A stretch of DNA of 64,000 nt, taken from NCBI GenBank assembly GCA_964016885.1, contig OZ024743.1:59272001-59336000 (forward strand), given 5' to 3'. The notes beneath the pieces were generated by a model, which saw only the letters and a program-made list of their open reading frames with translations, searched no databases and had not been told where the DNA came from. The translations under genes were made by a program, and so were the position numbers. Below are positions 41,161-55,859 of this stretch, in pieces. The stretch comes from Eledone cirrhosa. Taxonomy: Eukaryota. The stretch's first letter is position 1, and each line of letters starts with the position of its first letter.

Positions 41161-41845
41161 ATATATATATATATATGTATATATAAATGAAGTAATTCCG
41201 TCGGAGAAGGTTTTTTTTAAAAGTCCAATTCAATAAATAGACCAGGATTTTTTCATTCTGATGATTGAAAGCAAAATTTTTTGCTTTTAAGAAATCACTG
41301 GTAAATGGAATAATTGCCTTATGTTGTTTATTACATAACTATGTATATATATATATAGTGCAAATTTATACTGGAACAAAACAGAGAGGCAGACGCTTTT
41401 TATATGTATACATAATCATAACTATTATATGCCCTATTACAAGGGTCAATAACATGACTATAATTCCAAACTATACATGAATCAAACAATACAGCGCATA
41501 GAGAACGTCCCGATCCTAAACTTACCACACTAATCATGGAACGGCTTGTGAATGGTATGTCAATATTTGTTTATAAAACTGATCTATACTATATTTTATC
41601 TAATGAAAGCGCACCATAATTTTCTTTCGTGTCCTTGAAATATGTACAATGAAATAAATATGGTTTTATAAATATAGTTTCCATTAATTAATATATTGTA
41701 TTTTTACTCAAAACTTTGTTGAGTGCTTAATGTCAGTTATAAAATATATATATGAGCTTGTTGTATCCCAACAAATTAAATATAACTTCTGCATATGTAT
41801 ATATATATGTATATATAGTGTATGTATGTGTTTATATATATATAA

Positions 41846-41979
<134 letters not shown>

Positions 41980-41988
41980 TATGTATGT

Positions 41989-42056
<68 letters not shown>

Positions 42057-42063
42057 TATGTAT

Positions 42064-42138
<75 letters not shown>

Positions 42139-42169
42139 TATATATATATATATGTGTATAAACACACAC

Positions 42170-42229
<60 letters not shown>

Positions 42230-42283
42230 TCATATATATATATATATATATACATATAAATATATATACATATACACACAAAC

Positions 42284-42322
<39 letters not shown>

Positions 42323-42333
42323 CATATACACAC

Positions 42334-42372
<39 letters not shown>

Positions 42373-42562
42373 AGTGTGTGTGTGTGTGTGTGTATTATAT
42401 GTATGTATGTACATATGTGTGTGTGTGTGTTTGCATATATATATATATACACTCACACATACATATATATATATACACATATATAATATATATACACATA
42501 TATATATATATAATTATACACATATATAATATATATACACATATATATATATATATAATTAT

Positions 42563-42659
<97 letters not shown>

Positions 42660-44010
42660 CATGTGTGTGTGTATTATATGCATGTATGTACATATGTGTG
42701 TGTGTGTGTGTGTTTGCGTGTATGTATGTGCGAAGGAAATAGAGTGTGTGTCTGTGGAAATGTATGCCTGTAATTATATATCATTCTGTTTGTGTTTACA
42801 TTTATATCTCGAAACCAAGCTTTTCCAAAAAAAAAACGAATTGGTGCAAAAATTGGTAGACTTGAACAAATAATTACAGGTTTCTATATGATGGAGTAAA
42901 TCAATGCAGTGCCCTAGCATGTCCGCAGTCTAATGGTTGACATCAATATACAAATGAAATTGCAAAATTATAGTTCACCATATATTTTCCAAAACATATG
43001 GTGAACAAGGGCGGTGCCCCAGCATGGCCTCCGCCGGATGGCTGGAACAGGTAAAAGAGTAAAAGAGTACACCAATAATGTGATTTGATTTGATTTATTT
43101 CAAGTTAGAACGACATTGGAAAACAGTTCCATTAAACTATTTAGTTTTTAAAGTGGCATCGGTTTTATAAAATAATTGTTTCTACTTTTGGCACAAGGCC
43201 AGCAAAAACCCGGTGCATTACTGGTACTTTATTTTATCGACACCGTAAGGATGAAAGGCAAAGTTAATCTTGCCGGGAATTGAACTCAGAATGGCAAAGG
43301 CCGTAACTCTATACGTCAAAGCATGGTGTCCGACCCTCTACCGATACTGCGAATCCAATTGTTACTTATATCCATGAGATAGAATTTGAAGGGAGAAAAC
43401 TCCAGCTACTTTACGGTGAAAGAGCTTTAGATATTAATAACATAAGAAACTATTAAGTTAACGTATCTGGATGAAATTCTGCATGGATTAACTACCTAAC
43501 TGTCTGACACGGTAGAAGACAAAACGAAAGAAAGGTGTTATGTATACACATGTACACGCACGCATACACACACACACACACACACACATACACACACACA
43601 CACAGATATATATGATTTTGTTTCTGTACATATGTGTTTTCTTTATTGAGGTCATGTTTCTCTCGTGATATATATACAAGGTGACCCCCAAAATGTATAC
43701 ACACTTTAATTACCAGTACAGGCAATATTTAATAGAATGCTGTTGAAGTATGTATACATATTTTGGGAAAACCTGAATACATATATATATATATATGCAC
43801 TAATTAACACTGCATATATATATATGCTAGTAAATTACTAGTAAAACTTTGCAATAGAATATAATGGATCGATACCGTTGACAAATCTCTGTGTTGATCC
43901 TGGCCGCGTTCGTCTCTTCCCGATGAATCTGGAATTAATGGATGGCTTCTTTGTTCTGTGTGGGAAATTTCGGCGTACTAGCACAAACCCAGTTTGTCTA
44001 GTTCGATACA

Positions 44011-44071
<61 letters not shown>

Positions 44072-44087
44072 ATAAGAAGAAGAAGAA

Positions 44088-44318
44088 GAGTTTCCAAGGA
44101 TGGTTAAAGAAAATTGGTCCCGCCCCGCTTTTTGGAACACTTCAAAATCAAAATGCATGCTTGCTGGGAACAGCAAGAACCCTCCGATACGTCCTGAATA
44201 TCTGAGGCTGCAGGTAGTGGCTTGACATTCATTTCAACAAACTTTCCAGCTAGATAGCATCAATGACTGAGACTCAAAGAACAATAATAGTAATAATAAT
44301 AGTAGTAATAATAATAAA
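44088..44318 (+). mobile_element. 3' end of R4/Dong-clade retrotransposon with (TAA)n tail
   Basis: FQGWLKKIG..ACLLGTARTLRYVLNI*, then 3'UTR and aataataatagtaataataat. Confidence 0.7.
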
Positions 44319-44438
44319 TCTGAAGACTAAAATCCAAAGAGGGTTCGATAAGGATTATCAAATATATAAGAACCCTAGATCAAACATTTATTAAAATAAC
44401 AGATTAAAGTTTAAGCAAATATTCGCTGCTTTCACCCT

Positions 44439-44473
<35 letters not shown>

Positions 44474-44484
44474 AAAATATAAAA

Positions 44485-47400
44485 TACTACTACTACTACT
44501 ACTATTAATAATAATAATAATGATTTCTTTATTGCCCACAAGGGCTGACATCAAGAAAAACATTACAGACGGCACAGGACGGTACGATGTGGGTTTTGTG
44601 CGTGTAAATATTTTTATTATTTATATAAGAAAAGAAAAAAAAAGGACATCGAAACATATATATATATAAACAATAAAAATGAAAATTGAAACAATGGAAA
44701 ATTCCCAATAGGGGGGAAACCTCCGAGGGTTACTCGTGGCGAAAACCACACAAAAGACCACGGACACCCTGACTATCAGGGCAAGCGCCCTCTCTCAATT
44801 TTTCCATTTCTCAAACTACAGACGTAAATTCAGAGCTGTCCCGTTCACTCGGACCATTCTCGCTACATTCATCCACCTTTCAACAAACTTGCTAGAAGGC
44901 AGCACTTGCTTCTCCACCCTGATTTTAATGGTTTCTTTATTGGCCACATGCGCTAGGATGAAGAAAAACATTACAGACGGCACAGAACGGCACAGGACGA
45001 TACAAATTGGTTTTGGCCGTGTACAAATTTAGAAAATAGAAATGTAGAAGATAGAAAGGTAGAAGATAGAAAGGTAGAAGATAGAAATGTGTAAAAACGA
45101 ATCAAACAAATTCAAAAAACAAAAATTCCCAATAGTATATAAAATTCCGAGGGGCACTCGTGGCGAAAACCACACAAAATACCACGGCCACCCTGACCAC
45201 CAGGGAAAGCGCCCTCTCTCAGTTTTCCCATTCCTCAGTCTATAGGCGCATACTCAGAGTGGGCCCGTTCACTCGGACCAGACTCGCCACTTGCACCCAC
45301 CTTTCAACAAACTTACTAGAAGACAGCACTTGCCTCTCCACCTTGATTTTCCTCTTCAAACAAAACTTGGCCAGAGAGGAAAGTGTCCCTCTTCACCCCT
45401 ATCAACCTTGTCCACCACACAATCTCTTTCGCCATGGCCACCAGGAAGATTAAAACTGCCTGCCCTTCCTCCTCTTTAAAGGAGGATGGTGGGGCTATCT
45501 GTACAATGGAGTTAGTTGATAACCAGATCCGTCCTACACGCGACAGCAACTGTTCGACATACCTCCACAAGTCAGCAATTCTCGGACACTGAAAAAGTGC
45601 GAGCAGAACGGTTTCGCCACCCTGCGCGCATGTCGGACAGGCTCGGTTGTAGAGCTTATCCCGAACCCGCAACGCTCCACGGTAGCACTGCCAGGCCGGG
45701 GGTTTCATGAAGTGAGCGAACAGCTGATAGTCTTTGACTCCCAGAATCTCCCCGAGAACGTCTTCGATAGTGCAGGTGGTTGTTGGGGTGATGGCAGTGG
45801 GGTCGTTGACGTTTTCATATTCTTGTTTTTTCATGCCCTTTTTTGTTGGGGGTGGGGGGTGGGGTAAGTTCTTACTTTTTTTTTTTTCGCTGCGATGGTT
45901 TTCTAAACTTCAGTGTCATCACACTCTCTGTCTGATTTAGCGATATCGGGAAGGTGCATGCTCTCCATTGGTCTTGTTGGCGGTGGAGATGGTGTCGTTG
46001 GTGCTGGTAGCTTTTCTGACACTGCAGCCTCGGGTGGTTTGACCACTCCAAAAGCGGGGGACGGCGTACGGAGAAGGGGAGCGCGTGCCCTCCTTGGTGA
46101 GTTTGGGGTAAGAGGCCTTAAGGTGTGTTTTTTCTCGGCACCTGTGACACTTCGGGCGACTACCATCGAATGTCACAGGTAGATGGCTGCCGTCGTCCAG
46201 ATCGATCACATCAGGGATGGCCTTTATGCTTTCATGGTTTGATTGGATGATTAGCTCCATACCTGTGCCTGACCAGTTTTCCTGTCTTATACGCATGACG
46301 TCTAGCGTTGTTGTTGACTCCTCGACGTCAGCGAGGTAGACCGCCATCAGCCAATCGACCTCCACCGAGGGCGCGATTTCAGTCGAAGTGTACGGTAGGA
46401 GACCGTACACAAACGTCGGTTTTTGATGACGTTGGATGTGGGTGAGTGTTACCCTGTGTCCGGTTTCTTTCCAACACCTTGACCTGCCTCATCTCCATGT
46501 CACTGGTGCGTACTCGTTCGAGATTTCTCGCGAATGATGTAGCTTGGGCGGCTCCTATCTTTTGTGTGGTTTCGTCGTTACTGCTCCTTTTGATGTTTTT
46601 GTCATCGGTGTTGCAGTTATTTGTCGTGTTGTTGTCGTCGTTGCTGGTGGTGTTGTCGTTCTTATTCACGACTGTGCTTTTACTGTTTTTGGTAATGTCA
46701 CCGTTGCTGCTGTTGTAGGTGTTGTCATTTTTGGCCTTATTGGCCTCAACGTCTGACTTGCTGTCACACGACAGCAAACTCAAAGTTGGGCACCGTGGCT
46801 CCAACATGTTTTCTTTCGATAAAAAATTCTGTTAAACACACAAAGGATAAATATTATGCAGAGACCTTTCTTGAGGGAAGACTAACGTCTTATGTCCACG
46901 AAACAAAAATATTTATAACAAACGTATTTAAAACCGTAGAAATAAAGAACAAATTACTTGCATTTAGTAAATGCACTGGAGGGCAGCACTTCTCTCTCCA
47001 CCATCACCTTCCTTTCCAAGTGGAACTTGAAAAAGTTGATGAGAGATTGGTCGAAGAGAAAATTGGCTGTCTTCAATCCTTTCAACCTAGTCCACCACAA
47101 AACGCCACAGGACGGAGGAAAATTGCCTGCTTTTCTCAAACAAAAAGGCGGCGGATCGATCTTCACTATGGAATCGGCCGATAGCCAGAACCGATCTACA
47201 TGCGGCAACAGCTGTTCCACATTACTCCACAAGTCAGCAATGCGCGGACGAGTGCGTGCAGAAGGGCAGGTCAGTCTGACAGCACTTTCGCACCTGTAGA
47301 TTTTATTTGGAATCGGCAGTACCTTCCAGTAACATTGCATAGCGAGGGATTTCTGGAAGTTATCCATAGTCCCCGACTCAAACGTCCTGCGGAACAGACT

Positions 47401-47545
47401 CGTCTGTTCGACTTGCTCGACACCCAGAGCCTCTCCGAGTGTATCGTCACACTTGACCGCTACGAATCCTTTATAGAACTCTAGAGAGGATGTTTCACTG
47501 ACCGCATTGACCTCTTTCCCCACACGACAGTATATGTTCGACATA
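44485..47545 (-). mobile_element. Cluster of Tx1/L1-type LINE fragments (three ORF2 3' ends plus an ORF1 piece)
   Basis: WQCYRGALRVRDKL..CPTC..ETV..ALFQCP..LW (ORF2 CCHC end) at 45316-45770 and 46955-47540; ORF1 knuckle LPVTFDGSRPKCHRC..TH at ~45940-46410; repeated 3' end ..aataaagaaa at 44522 and 44931; short trinucleotide tail. Confidence 0.82.
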
Positions 47546-48932
47546 AACCCACAAGTCAGTGATGCATCAAAATAATTAACCAGTATCTAATAAAAATAAA
47601 ATACACTATAAAAAGGGGGGGGGGGATAAAAAAATGAAACATTTGTTTTTGAACTAGTTGTTGTAAATTTTAACTTGGTTCGTCAATGTACACCCCCCAC
47701 CAAAATAGACTCTACTGTTAGAGCTTATAAAAGGAAGTCGATGCCTACTATTCTGTTTGTTTGTTCATTGTGTTTTTTTCCTACTCGTCTTCTCAATGGA
47801 TTTTGTCTACACCTAATATCTGTGGATTTTCAACAGATATACAGACTGCTTTCTGGTCAAAGCGCGTGGTCAATGAAGTCACATTATATTTAAGTAATTC
47901 TGACCACTATATCAACAATAGACAACCTGTTATTAACCAGCTAACTCTAGCCACTAAAGAACAGCTATTGACCACCAGCTAACTATAGTCACTATAGAAA
48001 AGATGTTGACTACATGCTAAATATTGACACAACAGAACAGCTGTTGATCACTAGCTAAACATTGCCACTATAGAAAAGTTGTGCAACTTATTTAACACAA
48101 ATGTTTATATGCCGGCCTCCCACACCTGTCGTTTTACGTAAAAGGAGAGTAAGATTTGCTAGCCACTGCCATCGTGCCACATGTGAGGCTGTATCCTCAT
48201 TAGTGCTTTGGAAAGCATAATAAGTTCCTAATAGCAGGGGCGTAACTCTCCTATCCGGATGTCATCTCCAGAGATTCTGGCATTGAAATACAGGACTTGG
48301 CAACGGCAATGACCGACAAACCCACATGGAGATCAATTGTTGAGTCGATTTCGGCTGAGGCCACCGGATGATGATTTAACGACACCACGGCATCTCAATT
48401 TTACGGTTCATCTTAATTTACACTGTGTAAACAACATTTGCTCTCTTCACGAACTTAAGGAACCAAAACAATTTTCACAAACACCGAGACATGAACACTG
48501 AATATTGACACATGTGTGTGTGTGGTTTATACATTTTAACTTCTGTCTCTCGTTCTTCGACCATTTATTCCTGCGATGGTCGTGTGAGAAGTGTCATCAA
48601 ACACGCCTTCTAGCGAGCGGTTCCTGTCAGAAGCAACCGTCTCCAATTGATCCGACTGGATCCCCCAAGCGAGACCAACAACATAAACTTTAAACGGAAC
48701 TCTATTAGCAAATATTGACAGGATTTAAGTATATAGCTGAGGATTTAAGGAATCTAGCAGTTCTTGTATGTCTCACTTAAATTTTACTTTAACTGTTTAA
48801 AATAAAATAAAACATCTATCGGTACCTATATATACCGTGGTGAGCTGAAACGTTCATAGGCTGACTACCAAGTTGTAAAGCTAGAGATGTGAAATCTTGC
48901 ATGCAATAATTTTAACTATTTAATTGTATCAT

Positions 48933-49042
48933 ATACAGAGGGTGTTCTAAAAAAATGTATACACGGAGGCTGTACATTCTAATAAAAATTGCCTGTACAG
49001 GTAATCAAAGGGTGTAGACATTTTTGGGGGGACAACCTGTAA
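48933..49042. mobile_element. Tiny Tc1-type MITE (related end at 43675-43740)
   Basis: tacagagggtgttctaaaaaaatgtatacac ... gtgtagacattttttggggggacaacctgta. Confidence 0.55.
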
Positions 49043-49219
49043 ATATGTATATATATGGGGGAAGGGTATGTGTGTATGTATGTTAGAATACATTTATAAT
49101 GCGTTTCTGTTCTGGTAGATTCTTAATGCGAAGTCATTGCAACGGAGATTTTTTTATAATTTGGGAGAGATAAAATAACTTGCAGCATTTAGTTACACTA
49201 AGATTTTATGATTATTCAT

Positions 49220-50750
49220 GAGCAGTGAATTGGCAGTATCAGTAGAGCATCTGACAACATGCTGTGTGACATAGAGTGACGGCCCTTTACGTTCAAATCC
49301 CACCGAGATTAGCTTGCCTTTCGTCCTTGCGGGTCGATGAAATAAAGTACCAGCAATGCACTGTGGTCGAATTAATCGACAATCCCTTCGCCTAAAAATG
49401 TTGGCTTCGTGCCTAAATCAGAAGCTATTATTATTCAAGAGCAGTGAATTCAAGGGCGGTGAATTGGCAGTATCGGTAGAGGGTTGGACCTCATGCTTTC
49501 TAGCATAGTTACGTCCCTTTATGTTCTGAGTTCAAATCCCATCGAGGTTAACTTTACCTTTCATCTTTACGGCGTCGATAAAATAAAGTACCAGTAATGT
49601 ACTGGCTAACTGCTGGCCTTGTGCCTAAAGTAGAAATAATTATTCAAGAGCAGTGAATTGACAGTATCATTAGAGCGTCGAGCAACATGCTATGCGGCAT
49701 ATAGTTTCGGTACTTTACGTTATGAGCTAAAATTTCGCTGGGGTTAGGAATCGATAAAATAAAATACATGTAAGGCACTGAGATTGATTTAATCCACTTT
49801 CTCTCCTTCCATAAGGGTTGACCGTGTGCCTAAATCAACAAAACATTATTTTTCAGTTAAATTATTAAGGCGTTGGATGGGCAGTATTGACAGGACAACA
49901 TGTTTGCAGCAGAGAGTTCTAGCCATTTACGTTATGATTTCAAATCCGCCGCGGGTAGCCCGTCCTTTCTTCGATACGGGATCGATAAAATAAAGAACCA
50001 TTAACGCAGAAAGGTGGATTTAATCGACGTTCCCCTCCCACAAATTTTTCGACCTAGGCCTGCATCAGAAACTGTTATTCGGGTAAATTGTTAGGCCGGT
50101 AGATTGGTAATATCGATAGGGTTTCTGACAACATGCTTTGTGTCAAATAATTACAGTCTTATACATTCTGAGTTCAAATCCTGTCGAGGTTTTGTTTGCC
50201 TTTCATCCTTACACAGTCGACATAATAACGCATCAGTAATGCACTGTGGTTGATTCACTTCTTTTTCCCCTCCTCCTAAATCAGAAACCGTTGTTATTCA
50301 AATTTATAATACATTCCAACGTATATATAAAAATGTATTCGTTAAAGCACTTATGTTGCTCATTCGATGAACTTCTCAATAACTATACTTGCTCGTCTGT
50401 CTCCCAATACTTTGTTTCGCTCAATTTACTCGATCTTGTATTTTGGTTCAGGATGTTATTTTGCACATATGCGCTCGCGTGTATTTGCTTGTGTGTTGGT
50501 TTTTAATGCTACTTCTGCAAAGTTTGGCATATGCATGTGTATTTCTGTGTGTGTATCTATATATATGGTGTATTTGTATTTGTGTATACTTTTGTAAAGT
50601 GGCGGCGATTCGTTAGAACGTTGGATAGAATGCTCTATGGTATTCGTTCTGGCTCTCTGCTCTCTGAGTTCAAATCCTGCCGAGGGCAGCTTTGCCTTTC
50701 ATTCTTTCAAGGCCGATAAAAAAATACTAATCTAGTACTGGGGTCGATTC
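49220..50750 (+). mobile_element. Head-to-tail cluster of about six diverged tRNA-SINE copies
   Basis: Repeated gaattggcagtatc..gttcaaatcc..tttcatcctt..tcgataaaataaag units at ~49220, 49453, 49650, 49868, 50093, 50598. Confidence 0.85.
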
Positions 50751-51677
50751 TTCCTCTATATCTCTTTCACATTTCCTGTCTCTCACTTTCTATCTTTCTC
50801 TGGAAGAAATCTGCTGTACCCATTCCTGGAAAGGAATGGCTCCACCAGGCTTAAAATGCCGAAGAATGTATGTCAACGTGGTGCCCCTACGATTCTATCA
50901 GGTGTCACGGAACCATACATACATGCATACATACTTTTGTAAGTCTCTCACAAAAATGTCTGTATTTTACATAGCTATTTATGTTTCTCCGCACTAGTTT
51001 GCACCTCTATGTTTCTTCTTATCTCTGCTTGTGTCCACATTTTTGTCTCAGAATATTTTTTCAGGAAATTGTCATTCTGTTCTTGCTATATATTGCCTGT
51101 AGATTCATGATATTTATGCTTGCACGTGCATTTATTCATATGCGCCAGAAATGAATTCAAAGATGCCTAAGAATCATCACGTGGCTAGCGGTCAAAGTAG
51201 AACGTTGTGAATGGTGGACAGGCGGCAAGAAAGCGCAGCCAGATACTGCCTTAGGTTGTACTCTACTGTACGGGAGTATACATTAAAATCATAGCGATAT
51301 ATGTATATATTTAGACGTAAATTTAGACATAGTCACAGATACATATATGAGTGTGACTACCTTTCACCGTGTGGCTCAATGAAAATTTTAATTAAGCAAA
51401 TAATTATTAATCAGATCTATATATAAAATTGCAAGTTTGAAGAATTATTAGGTAAAGTATACCCAGATTTTCCTCACCCTAGTCCGTAGAAATCAACCAG
51501 ATAAATAATCATTTAAATGAGGTCATAAGTTTAAAATGTAACTATGAAGAAATAGTTGCCGCCTGGGCACCATTCACAACGTTCGACTTTGACAACTAGC
51601 CACGTGATGATTCTTAGCCATTTTTGAATTCATTTCTGGCGTTGATCACTGTGGAAATCTTAGTCCAAACCTGAGGG

Positions 51678-51763
51678 GTCTCTTGATAAGCTCGAAGCCT
51701 CATGGATAATAGCAGGATCGGATATATCAACAAAGTGCGAGCGAAATTGTCGACAGTCAGGAC
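51678..51763 (+). ncRNA. Type-I HHR, U3-A8 core variant
   Basis: gtctc-TTGATAA-gctcg...cgagc-GAAA-ttgtcgacag-TC-aggac; palindromic TGTCGACA stem III; one stem I mismatch. Confidence 0.72.
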
Positions 51764-52379
51764 TAGGAATTTTGGTAACGTTTATATGCACTTTTTCCTC
51801 TAAATTATATTTTAGACCTAGCTCTGTTTAATTGATTATTTGTCTAGTTAATTTCTACGGGCTAAAAGGAATGACTAGATACATTTTATCTGACTGTTCG
51901 TCGCGGAAAATATTCTGTATCATTTGTCTATTATTTCTTCATAGTTACATTTAAAACGTATAGCCTCGGTTAAATGATAACAAAAAGAAATTTTTTCACT
52001 GCTCCTGGCTTGTAATCATTTTTTTGTGTTGTTTAGGTCCCAAATAAATAAAAAAAAAGTGCTATTAAACAGTTAAAAGTTTCGGTTTGTAAAAATTCTA
52101 AGCTATTCACTAGAATTATTTGTATGCTAGATTTTAGGTTGTATGTAAGTTTACTTGCTTATGTTAAATGATTTTTTTAATATATGTTTCAGGTTAAATT
52201 AAAATTATAAAATAAAAGAAAATTATAAAAGTGCAATAAAATATGAAATTGTTATAAAGTGGATTAAAGAGATTTATTGATACTGGATTTGATACTGCAC
52301 CCTGAATAAAGGGTAAGATGTGTTTTAAGCATTCGTCTCCAGGATGAAGCACTGGAACTTTGTCAAGGAGGAAGTGCAG

Positions 52380-53408
52380 GTGACAAGTCAGAGAAATCGA
52401 CACGAACCTTTCTCATGCTTTTACACACTTAGGGATGGCCTCTGCTTCTGCCTGGACTGTTTGACGTTATTGGGGTGCCGTTTGTGCCCAAGGAGTGGCG
52501 GCTATTTATAGACAGCTCCACCAAAATTTGAAGGCTGTCCTCCACATTGGAAACGATTTGCCGACACTGCCCCTAGCTCATTCAGTCTGCCCGAAAGAAG
52601 ATTACTACAGTGTGAAAGCCTTCTTGGAAGCTCTGCAATACAGCCAGTACAATTGGGAAATAATTGGAGACTTCAAGATGGTGGCTTTCCTGCTTGGACT
52701 CCAAGGAGGCTTTATCAAATTCCAAAGCTTCTTCTGTCTTTGGGACAGCAGAGCCACCTCTGACCACTACAAAAGAAAGAACAGGGAGCAGCGAACAGAA
52801 TTTGTAGTTGGGACCCGGAACGTCATGTGAGAGCAGCTGGTTGATCCCAGGTTTCTGCTCATGCCGCCACTGCACATTAAGTTGGGGTTGATGAAGCAGT
52901 TTGTGAAGGCTCTGAACCAAGAATCAGCCGCTTTTAAGTACCTTCTTGAGTTCTTCCCCAGGTTACCTGAGGCCAAAATCAAAGGGGGAATTTTTGTTGG
53001 GCCTCAGATAAAGAAGGTGTTTGATCTACTGAGTTCTCCAATAAGCTCATTAGGATTGAGAGAACAGCATGGAACTGTTTCAAGGCAGTTGTTAAGGGCT
53101 TTCTGGGCAACTACATAGCTGAAAACCACCAGTAACTGGTACAAGATCTGATAAAGGCTTTTGGCGCTATGGGATGCAGGATGTCGCTTAATCTCGATAG
53201 GCTGGACGCTCAGCTGGAAAAAGTCAAGGACAATATGGGCGCCTGCTCAGAAGAACAAGGCTAAGGATTCCACCAAGATTTGAAAGAGATAGATCGGAGG
53301 TACCAGGGCCACTACAATGAAAAAATGATGGGGGACTATATATGGGGGCTAGTGCGGGAATGCGACCTGGAGTACATGCGCAAATCCAGGAAATCTATTC
53401 ATTTCTGA
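52380..53408 (+). pseudogene. Chapaev-like (CMC, Transib/RAG1-related) transposase remnant
   Basis: EWRLFIDSS, LKAVLHIGN..PLAHS, GDFKMVAFLLGLQGG..FCLWDSRA, MPPLHIKLGLMKQFVKAL, KIKGGIFVGPQI, SEEQG*GFHQD..RRYQG..MMGDYIWGL; candidate right end ..tgttacacggtg at ~53687. Confidence 0.8.
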
Positions 53409-54004
53409 CGTGTATAAGTTGCTTATAAGTGTTATTTGTGTTTACTTGTTTGCTCTTGATAAGCTTGTGTAATGCAATAAATATATACTCTGTTGATTTA
53501 ATTATATGAACTGAAAAATTAAAAAGAAATGTGTTTTTTCTTGAAAAATATGAAAATTTTGAAATATCAAACTTCTCACCACAAACACAACTTCTAATTA
53601 AATAATAGTGTTCTTTAATAATAATGGGATATGATAAACCAGGAAATCACACGTAAGACCGGGGAACACAATACATGTTACACGGTGATATTTATCTGTT
53701 TGATTTCTACGGACTAGGGAGAGGAAAATCTGGGTATACTTTACCTAATAATTCTTCAAACTTGCAATTTTATATATAGATCTGATTAATAATTATTTGC
53801 TTAATGAAAATTTTTCTTTGCGCCACATGGTGAAAGGTAGACACACTCATATATGTATCTGTGACTATGTCTAAATATATGTCTAAGTATATACATACAT
53901 CCCTATGAATTTAATATATACATATATATATATATATAAAATATATAGATTTACATATACATAAACTAGACAGAGCCATAGATATATATATGTGTGTTTG
54001 GCAT

Positions 54005-54350
54005 CCATTCACGGTGTGGCTCAATGACGAATTAATTAATTAAATAATCAACAATCAGAGCAATATACAAGAAAGTACGTCCATAGAATCATTTGCTAAA
54101 ATATATACATATTACTCTCACAATCAGCATAATCAACCACACAAAAAATCGATTAAACAAGGCTATAAGATTAAAAGGCACCTATGAAGAAATAATAGAT
54201 AAATAAACGATAACTATTTATCCGCGATCATAGGTGCCTTTTAATCTTATAGCCTTGTTTAATTGATTTTTAGTGTGGTTGACTATTCTGATTGGGAGAG
54301 GAAATACTGTATATATTTTATCAAAGGATTCTATGGACGTACTACTTTCT
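54005..54350. repeat. Fold-back repeat; family also at 26400-26545, 51360-51555, 51800-51980
   Basis: aaggctataagattaaaaggcacctatga mirrored by tcataggtgccttttaatcttatagcctt; gtacgtccatagaatc / gattctatggacgtac. Confidence 0.8.
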
Positions 54351-54400
<50 letters not shown>

Positions 54401-54464
54401 TATATATATAAATGTGTGTAGGTGTTGTGTACACCTCCACATACAAACACAAGCACTCACGCAT

Positions 54465-54519
<55 letters not shown>

Positions 54520-55473
54520 AATATCACATCTGTTAAGATGTGACTGTAGTGTTTCAGTGGATTGGCAGAATCAGTAGACCATCAGACACCATGCTTTGCC
54601 GCATTGAGTTATGACCCTTTACGTTCTGAGTTCAAATCCTGCCGAAGTTAACTTTGCCTTTCATCCTTACGGGATCGAAAAATAAAGAAGTAGTAATGCA
54701 CTGGGGTAATTGCTGGCCTATTGCGAAAGGTAGAAACAATTATATGAATGATTGACAAATCACAGATTGTATAAGTTGGTATCAATTATTTTAATTTGAA
54801 TTTGGCTTATAAAATGGTGAGTTCAGCCGAAATGTGAAAATTCCAGCTTTTGATAATTAAAATGGAAAATATCATAACTATAGATATATGTCCTTTGTTA
54901 GCATATTTGAATACCATTAAAACGGAAACAGACATGTTATAAAGGGAACTAAATGCGACCTAGTTTCATTTCCTTGCAGTGGAAGTGTGTTATTGAACAA
55001 CATTTTGGCCCACAGTTTACTTTAAAATGATCAGACTATGTACGAATTATATTTACACACTGTGTATATATATGTCAGGCTAATGGATGGTGAGCATTGG
55101 TGAGAATATGAAAACATCTCCATTATATTGCAGTTGAAATTTTAGTCGTCAAATTCCGTTTGCTTTCACAACTTTATTAAAACATATTTTCCTCGCGGCA
55201 ACCCGTTTCATTGCAATTTCTATAATTTTCCTATTCTGTATTTAACCTGCAGCATAATACATCTTTTGTTGGAAGGTGTGATGGGAAGCTGCATGAATCA
55301 TGATCAGACTATAAATAGAAATGAAATACAAGCTAATAAACTAAGATGAAATATTCAAATTTAGAATAAATTTAATTAGAGGTACACATCTCCTACAGTG
55401 GAGTGCAAACAAGTGTAAACACATACGTCCGGCCACACATATATATACATCTTTGTAGTGCGTGCGAGCTTGC

Positions 55474-55565
<92 letters not shown>

Positions 55566-55708
55566 ATATATATATTGATACTTTGGTGCGTTATGGTCCA
55601 CCTGTTTCCTTACCACATTTCCTTCGTTATATATATATATATTTGTGTGTGTGTGGGTGTGTGTGTATGTATGTATATATATACATACACGCACGCATAC
55701 GCTCACAT

Positions 55709-55845
<137 letters not shown>

Positions 55846-55859
55846 GTCTAATTCGACGT

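Noticed and set aside
49220-50300. Repeat-spacer-like periodicity resembling CRISPR or tRNA genes
   Set aside because: Eukaryotic SINE copies; no cloverleaf, no constant repeat with unique spacers, no cas genes
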